From the NCBI GenBank assembly GCA_041659405.1, contig JBAZYK010000003.1, forward strand, positions 60,001 through 92,000: DNA of 32,000 bases. Reading direction: 5' to 3'. This DNA comes from Candidatus Altimarinota bacterium (GTDB lineage Bacteria; Patescibacteriota; Gracilibacteria; UBA1369). Made by a program: the position numbers and the translations under genes. Each line of letters begins with the position of its first letter. The stretch's first letter is position 1. This document shows, piece after piece, positions 9,530 through 19,060 of the stretch. The notes beneath the pieces are model-generated. The model made no database searches and was not told where the DNA came from. It saw nothing but the letters and a program-made list of their open reading frames with translations.

Positions 9530-9555
9530 CGCGCCTGCCCCAAGCAGGCATAGCA
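9530..9555 (+). repeat. Short TAGCA-tailed hairpin, copy 1
   Basis: cGCGCCTGCcccaaGCAGGCATAGCA. Confidence 0.7.
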
Positions 9556-9571
9556 AAAAAAATAACACAGT

Positions 9572-9649
9572 GTTCAGTTTGAGGAATATCTTCTGAACAC
9601 ATCCGGGGTAGGGGCCCTGTGTGTTCAGAAGATATTCCTCAAACTGAAC
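9572..9649 (+). repeat. Long-hairpin element copy 2 (upstream of rpsJ)
   Basis: GTTCAGTTTGAGGAATATCTTCTGAACACA pairs without mismatch to TGTGTTCAGAAGATATTCCTCAAACTGAAC, loop TCCGGGGTAGGGGCCCTG. Confidence 0.95.
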
Positions 9650-9673
9650 TTATTACATTAATTCCTTGAAAAC

Positions 9674-9997
9674 ATGGCTAGTAAACAGAAAATCCGAATC
9701 AAGATTCAAGCGTATGATCACAAAGTGATCGATGATTCTGCAAAACTCATCATCGAAACTGCTGAACGCACCGGTGCTATCGTAGCAGGTCCGATTCCTC
9801 TGCCAACTAAAATTGAAAAGTTCACAGTGAATCGTTCAACTTTCGTTCATAAGACCGCCCGTGACCAGTTTGAAATGAGAACTCACAAGAGATTGATTGA
9901 TATTACCGAGAGTACACCTAAGACAATTGATTCGTTGACTAACCTAAGTTTACCAGCCGGTGTTGATATCGAAATTAAAATGTTGACAAGCGACTAA
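9674..9997 (+). CDS. rpsJ: 30S ribosomal protein S10 (uS10)
   Basis: [40 protein letters not shown]. Confidence 0.97.
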   Translation: MASKQKIRIKIQAYDHKVIDDSAKLIIETAERTGAIVAGPIPLPTKIEKFTVNRSTFVHKTARDQFEMRTHKRLIDITESTPKTIDSLTNLSLPAGVDIEIKMLTSD

Positions 9998-10206
9998 AAG
10001 AACGCTAAAACTATTACGCTCACTTTTCAGAGCACAAGTCCCGAAAGGGCAAACAAAACAATATGTTATATCGGAGTCGAGGGCATGCGCGAGCGCAAGC
10101 GAGTGCATCTAAAAAGTTCGCCTAGCGAACACCTTATGAGGTCCAACCTTAAAGGTCGTCTTCACTTCACTGTCTCGAATTTACGAGACAATAACCTCTA
10201 AACACT

Positions 10207-10788
10207 ATGACCGGTATACTCGGAAGAAAATTAGGCATGACGAGAGTCATACAAGACGACGGCCGCGTGATCCCAATGACTGTGATCCAGTGTGAACCTA
10301 ATACAATCACACAGATCAAGACAGTCGAAAAAGATGGATATCCGGCGATAGTCCTGGGTTTTGACGCATTAAAAAATCCTTCCAAAAATCACAAATATCA
10401 TTTTTCCCGTGAATTCAGAATCAAAGGAGATGAGAGTCTGGAAAAAGGAACTCAGATTACAGTAGAAATATTTAAGGAAGGTGAAGAAGTTATCATTACC
10501 GGAACTTCAAAAGGTAAAGGTTTCCAGGGTGTAGTAAAAAGATGGCATATGGCAGGTGGTCCCGCATCACATGGTTCCCATTTCCATCGCGAACCGGGTT
10601 CTGTAGGTGCTCGTGCTAAACCGGGTAAAATCCTTCGTGGAAAACATTTACCGGGGCACATGGGTAATCAAACTAAAACCATTAAATCTTCTGTAGTATT
10701 CCTGGATCAAAAGAAAAATCTAATCGGTATAAAGGGCGCAGTTCCGGGAAGTATTAACACTATGATTACTCTACGCAAACTCGCTTAA
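10207..10788 (+). CDS. rplC: 50S ribosomal protein L3 (uL3)
   Basis: GILGRKLGMTRVIQDDGRVIPMTVIQ...KRWHMAGGPASHGSHFHREPGSVG. Confidence 0.97.
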   Translation: MTGILGRKLGMTRVIQDDGRVIPMTVIQCEPNTITQIKTVEKDGYPAIVLGFDALKNPSKNHKYHFSREFRIKGDESLEKGTQITVEIFKEGEEVIITGTSKGKGFQGVVKRWHMAGGPASHGSHFHREPGSVGARAKPGKILRGKHLPGHMGNQTKTIKSSVVFLDQKKNLIGIKGAVPGSINTMITLRKLA

Positions 10789-10844
10789 TCACAAATTCCA
10801 AAAAGTCCGAGATCACTAATTACTAATTATTAATTGAACTAAAG

Positions 10845-11588
10845 GTGGCTAATATTACTCTCTACAATCAGCAAGGTCAGAAAAAAGGCGATATTCAGGT
10901 TTCTGATGTGATCTTCGGTGCAAAATTCAATCAAGATCTCGTTCATCAGGCTTTAGTACGTCAGTTGGCAAACGCCCGCGTTTCTGTAATTGCCAATACG
11001 TTAACTAAATCCGAAGTTCGTGGTGGTGGACGTAAACCATGGAAACAAAAGGGAACCGGACGTGCTCGTCAGGGTTCAATCAGAAATCCACACTGGAAAG
11101 GTGGCGGTGTTGCCTTTGGACCAAAGAATAACCGCAACTATAAGCAGATGATGCCAAAGAAACAAAGACGTTTAGCTCTTTTCTCTGCTCTCTCTGCAAA
11201 ATTCCAGGATGGAAAGATTATGGCCGTTGATAATTTTGAAGCTCCGGCAGTTAAGACCAAAACTTTCGTAGAAATGCTCCACAAGTTGCCGATTGAAAAA
11301 GATGTATTGTTCTTGATTCCAAGTAAAAACGAACTCATTACTAAATCCACTCGAAATATTCCATTTGTAAAAACCATGTTGGTGAATTATCTGAACATTG
11401 CAGATTTACAACGCTATGATCAGGTAGTCTTTTTAGAAGAAGCTCTTGGTAAAATGGAACAACTTTTCTTATCAGAAAGAAGTTCCGAATCCGAGTCATC
11501 AGAAGAAGAAAGTGTTAAAGAACCCAAAAAAGCTAAGGAACCAAAGAAGGTTGCCAAGAAAAAGACGACAACTAAAAAGGTTGCCTAA
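10845..11588 (+). CDS. rplD: 50S ribosomal protein L4 (uL4), GTG start
   Basis: VRGGGRKPWKQKGTGRARQGSIRNPHWKGGGVAFGP; S/E/K-rich C-terminal tail. Confidence 0.96.
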   Translation: MANITLYNQQGQKKGDIQVSDVIFGAKFNQDLVHQALVRQLANARVSVIANTLTKSEVRGGGRKPWKQKGTGRARQGSIRNPHWKGGGVAFGPKNNRNYKQMMPKKQRRLALFSALSAKFQDGKIMAVDNFEAPAVKTKTFVEMLHKLPIEKDVLFLIPSKNELITKSTRNIPFVKTMLVNYLNIADLQRYDQVVFLEEALGKMEQLFLSERSSESESSEEESVKEPKKAKEPKKVAKKKTTTKKVA

Positions 11589-11635
11589 TCCCCTCCTGAA
11601 AAAATCATAATTCTACATCATAAATCCTAATTTAA

Positions 11636-11941
11636 GTGAAAGCATTTAATACCATTATCAAGCCGGTTGTTACCGAGAAAAGTACCGCCCAAGGCGCAAA
11701 GCATAAGTATGCTTTCTGGGTTAATCGCAAAGCAACCAAAATCGATGTTAAAAATTCTATTAAAGAGATTTACGACGCTGATGTTGCTACAGTTCACATG
11801 ATCAATACTGCTCCAAAAACTCGTCAAATGAAGAGAATGATCGTTGATAAAAAACCTCCTATGAAAAAAGCTCTTGTTACCCTAAAAGGTGGCAAGAAAC
11901 TTGATGTCACCAAGGTAGGTAAGGAAACAGCTAAGAAATAA
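11636..11941 (+). CDS. rplW: 50S ribosomal protein L23 (uL23), GTG start
   Basis: IIKPVVTEKSTAQGAKHKYAFWVNRKATKIDVKNSIKEIY; position between rplD and rplB. Confidence 0.94.
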   Translation: MKAFNTIIKPVVTEKSTAQGAKHKYAFWVNRKATKIDVKNSIKEIYDADVATVHMINTAPKTRQMKRMIVDKKPPMKKALVTLKGGKKLDVTKVGKETAKK

Positions 11942-11970
11942 TCACGAAATAATTTATTAATTGCACTAAG

Positions 11971-12810
11971 ATGGGGTTCAAAAAATTTAAAGCAACTACG
12001 CCGGGAAGAAGATTCATGAGTGTCTTAACTTTTGAAGAAATCACCAAGACACATCCGGAAAAAAGCTTGTTAAAAAGCTTTAAAAAGCATGCCGGTCGTA
12101 ACAATCAGGGTAAATTGACTGTTCGTCATCAGGGTGGTGGCCACAAACAGCTCTATCGCATGATCGATTTCAAACAAAGAGACAAGATGGGCATTACCGG
12201 TAAAGTAATCGCAGTTGAATATGATCCAAACCGCACTGCCTTAATTATATTGGTTAACTACGCTGATGGTGAAAAGAGATATCACTTGGCTCCGGACCAA
12301 ATCAAGGTTGGAACAGTGATCGTTTCACAAGAAAAAGCGGAAATTATGATTGGAAACCGTATGGCACTCAAAAATATTCCAGTAGGTTATGATATCCACA
12401 ATATTGAATTGAATCCGGGCCGCGGAGGTCAAATCGTTCGTTCCGCCGGAGGAAAAGCTCACGTTGTTGGTGTTGAAGGAGCTTATGCTCAAATTCAACT
12501 CCCTTCAGGTGAAGTTAGATTGATTGATAAAAATTGTTTTGCATCTATTGGAATCGTTAGCAACATTGATCATGGTAATGTAAAACTTGGAAAAGCCGGC
12601 CGCAAACGTTGGTTGGGTAAAAGACCGGAAGTTCGTGGTAAAGCTATGAATCCGATTGATCATCCGCATGGTGGAGGTGAAGGTAATCAGCCAACCGGTA
12701 TGCCGGGACCAAAAACACCTTGGGGTATGCCTGCTCTTGGTTACAAAACCCGCAAGCGTAAGTACAGCGATCCATTGATTGTAAAAGATCGTCGTCGCGC
12801 AAAATCCTAA
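11971..12810 (+). CDS. rplB: 50S ribosomal protein L2 (uL2)
   Basis: [22 protein letters not shown]...[26 protein letters not shown]. Confidence 0.98.
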   Translation: MGFKKFKATTPGRRFMSVLTFEEITKTHPEKSLLKSFKKHAGRNNQGKLTVRHQGGGHKQLYRMIDFKQRDKMGITGKVIAVEYDPNRTALIILVNYADGEKRYHLAPDQIKVGTVIVSQEKAEIMIGNRMALKNIPVGYDIHNIELNPGRGGQIVRSAGGKAHVVGVEGAYAQIQLPSGEVRLIDKNCFASIGIVSNIDHGNVKLGKAGRKRWLGKRPEVRGKAMNPIDHPHGGGEGNQPTGMPGPKTPWGMPALGYKTRKRKYSDPLIVKDRRRAKS

Positions 12811-12837
12811 AACATGCGCACTGAAAATTAGTCCTGT

Positions 12838-12915
12838 GTCCAGATTGTGGCATGTCATCTGAGCACAGCCGGGGTAGGGGCCCTGTGTGCGAAGAGGATA
12901 TGCCACAATCTGGAC
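12838..12915 (+). repeat. Long-hairpin element copy 3 (upstream of rpsS)
   Basis: GTCCAGATTGTGGCAT / ATGCCACAATCTGGAC around CACAGCCGGGGTAGGGGCCCTGTG. Confidence 0.9.
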
Positions 12916-12946
12916 AAACAACACTAATTATTAATTACTAACAGAC

Positions 12947-13273
12947 ATGGCACGAAGTACTAAAAAAGGACCATATATAGATGAAAAATTGATGAAGAAG
13001 ATCCAAACCGCCAACTCTAGTGGTCAGAAAAAGATCATTAAGACTTGGGCTCGCGGATCGATGATTGCGCCTGATTTTGTGGGTCATACTCTGGCAGTTC
13101 ACAATGGTAAACAACACATTCCGGTATTTGTTACTGAAAATATGGTTGGACACAGACTTGGTGAATTCTCTCCAACTCGTAAATTTAAAGGCCATGGTGG
13201 TAAATTGGCAAAGGCAGCTGAAGCTCCGGCAGCAAGTGCTCCAACAGCAGCAGCTCCAAAACCAAAAGCTTAA
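12947..13273 (+). CDS. rpsS: 30S ribosomal protein S19 (uS19) with Ala/Pro-rich tail
   Basis: [18 protein letters not shown]...[20 protein letters not shown]. Confidence 0.97.
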   Translation: MARSTKKGPYIDEKLMKKIQTANSSGQKKIIKTWARGSMIAPDFVGHTLAVHNGKQHIPVFVTENMVGHRLGEFSPTRKFKGHGGKLAKAAEAPAASAPTAAAPKPKA

Positions 13274-13310
13274 TCTACAATTATAAATTCTAAATCCTGT
13301 TTATTAAATT

Positions 13311-13763
13311 ATGAAGTCTATAGCAAGATCATTACGAATCACCTCCAAGAAAATCAATTTGGTTGCAGGCCTGGTACGCCGCAAGGACGTTACCGAAGCC
13401 ATGAATATCTTGAAATTCACACCTAAAAAAGGAGCAAAAATCCTTAGCAAAATCATTCAAAGTGCTATTGCTAATGCAGAAAACAACTTCAAGCAGGAAA
13501 AACCAAGCCTATATATTCAAGAAATAGTTGTGACAGAGGCACCAACCATGAAACGCAGCATTCCGGTATCCCGTGGAAGATCAAACCCAATTTTAAAGAG
13601 AAACTCCCATGTATCAGTTTTCCTTGGTGTAAAAGGTGAAGAAGCTGAAACATCTACTAAAGGAGCCAAAGCAAAAACGACCGAAGAACCAAAGAAAACC
13701 ACCTCCAAAACAACCGTCACCGTAAAAAAGGCCACTCCAAAGAAAAAAATCACCAAAGAATAA
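13311..13763 (+). CDS. rplV: 50S ribosomal protein L22 (uL22) with Lys/Thr-rich tail
   Basis: SLRITSKKINLVAGLVRRKDVTEAMNILKFTPKKGAKILSKIIQSAIANAENN. Confidence 0.96.
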   Translation: MKSIARSLRITSKKINLVAGLVRRKDVTEAMNILKFTPKKGAKILSKIIQSAIANAENNFKQEKPSLYIQEIVVTEAPTMKRSIPVSRGRSNPILKRNSHVSVFLGVKGEEAETSTKGAKAKTTEEPKKTTSKTTVTVKKATPKKKITKE

Positions 13764-13783
13764 TAAAGTAATAAATAATGTAC

Positions 13784-13865
13784 GTGTTCAGTTTGTGGAA
13801 TGTTGGCTGAACATATCCGGGGTAGGGGCCCTGTATGTGAAGACAATATTCCACAAACTGAACAC
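13784..13865 (+). repeat. Long-hairpin element copy 4 (upstream of rpsC)
   Basis: GTGTTCAGTTTGTGGAAT / ATTCCACAAACTGAACAC; inner ACATA/TATGT around TCCGGGGTAGGGGCCC. Confidence 0.92.
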
Positions 13866-13894
13866 ACCAATTATTAATCACTAAATCCAACCCC

Positions 13895-14536
13895 ATGGGT
13901 CAGAAAGTAAATCCAATCATTCTAAGAATCGGTATTATCAAAAGCTGGGACTCAAAATGGTTCGCTCCAAAGCGAAGTTATGCCAAGCTCCTGCATCAGG
14001 ATATAGAGATCCGCAAAATCATTGAAAAGAAATTGAGTGATGCTGCCATCTCCAGGATTGAGATTCAAAGAACTGCCAATAAGGTTCATGTTCACATCCA
14101 CTCCGCTAAGCCAGGTATAATTATTGGTCGCCAGGGAGCAGGAATTGAAGGACTCAAAGATGAACTTCAAAAGAAATTTCACGAAGAATTCACTCTAAAT
14201 ATTAAAGAAATTCAGAAACCGGCACTTGACGCTAAACTTTTGGCCGATAGCATCAAACAACAGATCGAAAAAAGAGTTTCTTATCGTCGTGCAGCTAAAA
14301 TGGCGATTGATAAGGCCCTTGAAACAGGCGCCCAGGGAGCCAAAATCTTCCTTGCCGGCCGTTTGAATGGTGTGGAAATTGCCCGTTCAGAATTCTTCTC
14401 CAAGGGAAAGATTCCTCTACATACTTTAAGAGCTGATATTGATTACTGCTGTGAACGCGCTCAAACAACCTACGGAGCAATTGGAATCAAGGTATGGATC
14501 TACAAAGGAGATATTTTTAAAAAAAGAAAAGAGTAA
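13895..14536 (+). CDS. rpsC: 30S ribosomal protein S3 (uS3)
   Basis: MGQKVNPIILRIGIIKSWDSKWFAPKRSYAKLLHQD... Confidence 0.97.
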   Translation: MGQKVNPIILRIGIIKSWDSKWFAPKRSYAKLLHQDIEIRKIIEKKLSDAAISRIEIQRTANKVHVHIHSAKPGIIIGRQGAGIEGLKDELQKKFHEEFTLNIKEIQKPALDAKLLADSIKQQIEKRVSYRRAAKMAIDKALETGAQGAKIFLAGRLNGVEIARSEFFSKGKIPLHTLRADIDYCCERAQTTYGAIGIKVWIYKGDIFKKRKE

Positions 14537-14638
14537 TAAACAATAAACTTGATTTATAAAGAAAAAAAAGTATAATCTTCGGGCCAAAAACAATTAAATA
14601 AACACAACCGTTAACTACTAATTACTAATTGAACCAAG

Positions 14639-15055
14639 ATGTTCGGACCAAGAAAATTAAAATATAGAAAGTCACATCGTTTACGAAATAGCACTGACGG
14701 TATTGCAACTGTTGGAACAAGAACCGCTTTCGGAGCTTACGGCCTTAAATGTATAGAAGGTGGAGAAATTTCCGGTCGCCAAATCGAAGCTGCACGTCGC
14801 GCTATGAGCCGTTATGTAAAACGTGGTGGTAAAATCTGGATTCGCATCTTCCCACACAAACCAGTAACTCAAAAAGCTGCTGAAGTTCCAATGGGAAGCG
14901 GAAAAGGAACCGTTGAAAAGTATGTAGCAGCTATCAGAGCAGGAACCGTTTTGTTTGAAATGGATGGTGTGGAGGAATCACTCGCTCGTGAAGCAATGCG
15001 CCTGGCATCACAAAAATTATCTCTCAAGTGCCGATTTGTTACTTCTAAAAATTAA
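14639..15055 (+). CDS. rplP: 50S ribosomal protein L16 (uL16)
   Basis: [17 protein letters not shown]...[47 protein letters not shown]. Confidence 0.98.
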   Translation: MFGPRKLKYRKSHRLRNSTDGIATVGTRTAFGAYGLKCIEGGEISGRQIEAARRAMSRYVKRGGKIWIRIFPHKPVTQKAAEVPMGSGKGTVEKYVAAIRAGTVLFEMDGVEESLAREAMRLASQKLSLKCRFVTSKN

Positions 15056-15060
15056 TTATT

Positions 15061-15273
15061 ATGTTATCACTACAAGAAATCAGACAGTTACAGGATGGTC
15101 AATGGCACGAAGAGCTAGCTCAGACCAGAAAAGATCTTCTCAAGGTTAAGTTCAGTATGAGGAGCGGACATTCTAAAGAGTCCAACAAAGTAAGACTTTT
15201 AAAAAAACACATTGCACAACTCCAAACTATTCGCAAGGAGCAAAGCGCAAAAGCACCAGTTCAAAAGTCTTAA
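15061..15273 (+). CDS. rpmC: 50S ribosomal protein L29 (uL29)
   Basis: EIRQLQDGQWHEELAQTRKDLLKVKFSMRSG...; position rplP-rpmC-rpsQ. Confidence 0.9.
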   Translation: MLSLQEIRQLQDGQWHEELAQTRKDLLKVKFSMRSGHSKESNKVRLLKKHIAQLQTIRKEQSAKAPVQKS

Positions 15274-15304
15274 ATAACATATACTAAATCATTAATTATA
15301 AAAA

Positions 15305-15556
15305 ATGAGAACTAAAAAAGGTATTATCACTAGCGATAAAATGGATAAAACCCGTGTAATAACGGTTCATTCATACAAGGTTCATCCAAAATATAAGAAG
15401 AAGTACCGGGTTTCCAAGAAATATTATGCTCACGACGAAAAGAATACTACCAAAATGGGTGAAGAAATAACCATCTACGAAACAAGACCACTCAGCAAGT
15501 TAAAGCGCTGGACTGTTGATCGCCCAAGCGATCAAGCGCCTGCAAGACACGAGTAA
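15305..15556 (+). CDS. rpsQ: 30S ribosomal protein S17 (uS17)
   Basis: KKGIITSDKMDKTRVITVHSYKVHPKYKKKYRVSKKYYAHDE. Confidence 0.93.
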   Translation: MRTKKGIITSDKMDKTRVITVHSYKVHPKYKKKYRVSKKYYAHDEKNTTKMGEEITIYETRPLSKLKRWTVDRPSDQAPARHE

Positions 15557-15574
15557 GCAAAGCGAACGAGTGTC

Positions 15575-15601
15575 CGCGCCTGCCACCAAGCAGGCATAGC
15601 A
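15575..15601 (+). repeat. Short TAGCA-tailed hairpin, copy 2
   Basis: CGCGCCTGCcaccaaGCAGGCATAGCA. Confidence 0.7.
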
Positions 15602-15647
15602 ATTAAACATTTCGTGAAGCGAAATAACCTTATCTATAAAATAATAT

Positions 15648-16016
15648 ATGATTCAATTAAGAAGCATGGTACAAGTAGCTGACAACACCGGGGCAAAGTT
15701 GGCTCAATGTATCAAAGTTATGGGAAGTACTGGTCGCCGCTATGCCGGCATAGGAGATGTAGTAGTAGTTACTATCAAGCTTGCTGCTCCTCGCGGAACA
15801 GTAAAAGCGCATTCCGTTGAACGCGGAGTGGTAGTACGCTGCCGCAAGGAAACCAGACGCAGAGATGGCAGTTATATCCGTTTTGATGAAAACGCTATCG
15901 TAATTATCACAAAAGAGAACGAACCAAAAGGAACTCGTGTATTTGGACCAATCGGTCGTGAACTTCGTGAAAAAGGTTTCCAGAAAATTATCAGTCAAGC
16001 TCCGGAAGTATTATAA
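15648..16016 (+). CDS. rplN: 50S ribosomal protein L14 (uL14)
   Basis: [26 protein letters not shown]...[52 protein letters not shown]. Confidence 0.98.
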   Translation: MIQLRSMVQVADNTGAKLAQCIKVMGSTGRRYAGIGDVVVVTIKLAAPRGTVKAHSVERGVVVRCRKETRRRDGSYIRFDENAIVIITKENEPKGTRVFGPIGRELREKGFQKIISQAPEVL

Positions 16017-16035
16017 CAGGCAAGCACAGCTTGCC

Positions 16036-16062
16036 CGCGCCTGCCACTAAGCAGGCATAGCA
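16036..16062 (+). repeat. Short TAGCA-tailed hairpin, copy 3
   Basis: CGCGCCTGCcactaaGCAGGCATAGCA, preceded by GGCAAGC/GCTTGCC hairpin. Confidence 0.7.
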
Positions 16063-16116
16063 GAAAACTATCCCGCAAGGGATATCAACCAAGAATTATT
16101 ATCAAAAAACTATTCT

Positions 16117-16488
16117 ATGAAAGTAAAACTTAACGACAAAGTGTTGGTTATAAGCGGAAAAGACAAGGGCAAACAAAGCCGTGTTACTCGCGTAATAACT
16201 AAAGCTTCAAAGATCATTGTGGAAAAGGTGAACATGAAAACCAAGCACATCAAGAAGACAGCGCAAGCTGCTGGTGAAAAGATCACTTTCGAAGGTCCTT
16301 TGGACGCCTCAAACGTAGCAATCATCTGCCCAAGTTGCAATAAACCAACTCGCGCAGGTTACAAAGTACTTGATAATGGTAAAAAAGATCGCATTTGCAA
16401 GAAATGCAAGCAGTCACTCGACGGCGCAGCTGCTGAAACTTCACCTACTAAGACTAAGAAAACTTCAAAAAAGACTAACGCTATCTAA
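16117..16488 (+). CDS. rplX: 50S ribosomal protein L24 (uL24)
   Basis: LNDKVLVISGKDKGKQSRVTRVITKASKIIVEKVNMKTKHIKK. Confidence 0.95.
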   Translation: MKVKLNDKVLVISGKDKGKQSRVTRVITKASKIIVEKVNMKTKHIKKTAQAAGEKITFEGPLDASNVAIICPSCNKPTRAGYKVLDNGKKDRICKKCKQSLDGAAAETSPTKTKKTSKKTNAI

Positions 16489-16502
16489 TAGTTTAAACCC
16501 CA

Positions 16503-17063
16503 ATGACTACACAATTTACACTCAAAGATCATTATACCAAGAACGTTCTTCCTGAACTTCAGAAGGAATTGAAAATCAAGAACATTATGGCTGTTCCACG
16601 CGTTGTTAAGATTAACATCAACGTTGGAATTGGAAAGCTCACTGAAGGAGGAAAAGATTATTCTCATGTTGTTGATAACCTTGCAGCAATTTCCGGACAA
16701 AGACCGGTTGTTTCCAAGGCTAGCAAAGCTATTTCCAACTTTAAACTCAAACAAAACCAACCGGTTGGTGTGAGTGTAACTCTTCGTGGAAAGAGAATGT
16801 ATGACTTTATGAACAAACTCATCAATGTGACTTTCCCTCGCGTTCGTGATTTCCGTGGAATTTCTCCAAAAAGTTTTGATGGCCACGGTAACTATTCTGT
16901 AGCTATTAAAGAACACACTGTATTCCCGGAAATTAATGCTGATGATATTGCGAAATTACATGGACTTGAAATCACGGTAGTTACAACAGCCAGAAACAAT
17001 GATGAAGGATTTAAACTGTTGAAAGCTCTTGGATTCCCTTTCATCATCAAAAAAACGAAATAA
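16503..17063 (+). CDS. rplE: 50S ribosomal protein L5 (uL5)
   Basis: NIMAVPRVVKININVGIG...ISGQRPVVSKASKAISNFKLKQNQPVGVSVTLRG. Confidence 0.97.
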   Translation: MTTQFTLKDHYTKNVLPELQKELKIKNIMAVPRVVKININVGIGKLTEGGKDYSHVVDNLAAISGQRPVVSKASKAISNFKLKQNQPVGVSVTLRGKRMYDFMNKLINVTFPRVRDFRGISPKSFDGHGNYSVAIKEHTVFPEINADDIAKLHGLEITVVTTARNNDEGFKLLKALGFPFIIKKTK

Positions 17064-17101
17064 TTTCACAATTACTATTACTAATTATTAATTGAAGTAA
17101 G

Positions 17102-17326
17102 ATGGCAAGAAAAGCTCTTAAAGTAAAAACGGAACGTAACAAACAGGCATATCTAAAAGCTCTTGCGGAAGGCAAAAAACCAGAGTTTTCAACTAAGGTT
17201 TACAATCGTTGCAAACTTTGCGGTCGCAAAGGCGGTTATATGAGAAGGTTTGAAATGTGCCGTATCTGCTTTAGAGAAAAAGCAATCAACGGACTTGTCA
17301 TGGGTATAAAGAAATCGTCTTGGTAA
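17102..17326 (+). CDS. rpsN: 30S ribosomal protein S14 (uS14), zinc-ribbon type
   Basis: [39 protein letters not shown], CxxC...CxxC. Confidence 0.95.
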   Translation: MARKALKVKTERNKQAYLKALAEGKKPEFSTKVYNRCKLCGRKGGYMRRFEMCRICFREKAINGLVMGIKKSSW

Positions 17327-17399
17327 GAAATTTGAGCACAGCTCAAATTTCCTTCCGGCCTGAGCGAAGCGAAGAAACGCCGGAATAAAAATTAACATT

Positions 17400-17420
17400 C
17401 TGCCCTAAGCAGGCATAGCA
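17400..17420 (+). repeat. Short TAGCA-tailed hairpin, copy 4
   Basis: CTGCcctaaGCAGGCATAGCA. Confidence 0.6.
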
Positions 17421-17483
17421 ATAAAGAATTAAAGGAAATTAAATTTATCAATAAACCTAAGTCATAAATCCTAAATTAAAATT

Positions 17484-17870
17484 ATGTTGACCAACGATCC
17501 AATCGCAGATCTCTTAACTCGCATCAGAAATGCTACTATGGCCCGCAAGGAAATAGTAACAATTCCACACTCAAAGCTTAAAATAGCTGTACTTAAAGTG
17601 TTGATCAAAAAGGGATTCATTAAAGAATTTACCGAAGAAAAAAATGGAGATTTCCAGGAAATAAAGATCGTTTTAAATCCTGAAAAAGGCAAATTTCACC
17701 TTAAGAAAGTCAGCAAACTGGGTCAGAGAATCTATATTAGCGCTTCCAGAATTAAAAAAGTAAACGGAGGTCTTGGAGTATCGGTTATCTCTACATCAAA
17801 AGGCGTAATGAGTGGAGAAGAAGCTAAAAGACAAAAACTGGGCGGAGAATTTATCTGTGAAATCTACTAG
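17484..17870 (+). CDS. rpsH: 30S ribosomal protein S8 (uS8)
   Basis: MLTNDPIADLLTRIRNATMARKEIVTIPHSKLK...GLGVSVISTSKGVMSGEEAKRQKLGGEFICEIY. Confidence 0.97.
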   Translation: MLTNDPIADLLTRIRNATMARKEIVTIPHSKLKIAVLKVLIKKGFIKEFTEEKNGDFQEIKIVLNPEKGKFHLKKVSKLGQRIYISASRIKKVNGGLGVSVISTSKGVMSGEEAKRQKLGGEFICEIY

Positions 17871-17983
17871 CTTTGCTTCGCAAAGCAATCCGGCCTCTAC
17901 GCCGGATTAAAATAAAACATCGCGAAAGCGACACAATATCCAGCCAATTACACATTCAACTATTAATTACTAATTGAACCAAA

Positions 17984-18538
17984 ATGTCTCGAATCGGTAA
18001 ACAACCAGTCATAATCCCTGCCGGAGTAACAGTCGATAAGCGTGAAGGCAACATCATCCACGTTAAAGGACCTAAAGGCGAATTGACTTTCCCTCTTCAT
18101 GAAAGAGTAAAAGCTGAAATTGCTGATGGCAAAATCACTCTCATCCGCGCTTCCGAGGAAAAATTTGATAAAAGTCTTCATGGTTTAAGTCGAACACTAA
18201 TTTCAAACATGGTTGAAGGTGTAACCAAGGGATTCAGCAAACAACTGGAAATCCAGGGAGTTGGTTATCGTGCTTCTATACAAGGAACCAAACTTGTACT
18301 TACACTTGGATATTCCCATCCGGTTGAAGTTCAACCACCAAAAGGAATTACTATTACCGTTGATCCTGAAAAAAAGAATATCCTCACAGTTTCCGGTTGC
18401 GACAAACAACTTATTGGCGAAATAGCTGCAAAGATCAGAAGCTATCGAAAACCTGAACCTTATAAGGGCAAAGGTATCCGCTATGTTGGTGAATTCGTAC
18501 AACGTAAGGCCGGTAAAGCTGCCGCTAAAGAGAAATAA
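17984..18538 (+). CDS. rplF: 50S ribosomal protein L6 (uL6)
   Basis: MSRIGKQPVIIPAGVTV...YRKPEPYKGKGIRYVGEFVQRKAGK. Confidence 0.97.
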   Translation: MSRIGKQPVIIPAGVTVDKREGNIIHVKGPKGELTFPLHERVKAEIADGKITLIRASEEKFDKSLHGLSRTLISNMVEGVTKGFSKQLEIQGVGYRASIQGTKLVLTLGYSHPVEVQPPKGITITVDPEKKNILTVSGCDKQLIGEIAAKIRSYRKPEPYKGKGIRYVGEFVQRKAGKAAAKEK

Positions 18539-18668
18539 CAGAGGCGACTGATGAGCTCATTGGCCATAGCTAAGTGAGCGCATGCGAACGAAGCTAACAT
18601 GGCCAAGAGAGCGAAGAAGAAGACTCAAATCTAAAAACAATCTAAATCTACAAGCAAATTAAACCACT

Positions 18669-19019
18669 ATGAAAACTCCTACTAAAATCACCGCTCGTAA
18701 AAGTCGTCACAATCGTATTCGTGCTAAAGTTTCCGGCACTGCAGAAAAACCACGTCTTGTAGTTTTCCGCAGCTTGACCAATCATTATGCACAATTGATT
18801 GATGATGTCGCTGGAAAAACAGTTCTTACTGCTTCCGATCTTAAAGCAAAATCTAAAGATAAAAAAGCAGATCGAGCAAAGCAGGTTGGACTTGAAATTG
18901 CTAAATTGGCTCTCGATAAAAAAATCACCACTTGTGTTTTCGACCGTAACGGTTACAAATATCATGGCCGCGTTAAGGCAATTGCCGATGGCGCCCGTGA
19001 AGGTGGTCTCAAATTCTAA
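18669..19019 (+). CDS. rplR: 50S ribosomal protein L18 (uL18)
   Basis: RKSRHNRIRAKVSGTAEKPRLVVFRSLTNHYAQLIDD...FDRNGYKYHGRVKAIADGAREGGLKF. Confidence 0.97.
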   Translation: MKTPTKITARKSRHNRIRAKVSGTAEKPRLVVFRSLTNHYAQLIDDVAGKTVLTASDLKAKSKDKKADRAKQVGLEIAKLALDKKITTCVFDRNGYKYHGRVKAIADGAREGGLKF

Positions 19020-19060
19020 ACCAACAATTACTCATTATTAATTACTAATTACTAATTGAA

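Noticed and set aside
6092-9602. Numerous antisense ORFs opposite fusA and tuf
   Set aside because: Typical shadow ORFs over highly conserved genes; compositions do not look like proteins.
5999-9649. Rho-independent terminator role for the long-hairpin elements
   Set aside because: No T-run follows the stems; they are followed by the AT heptad spacer and a start codon, and would block essential downstream genes.
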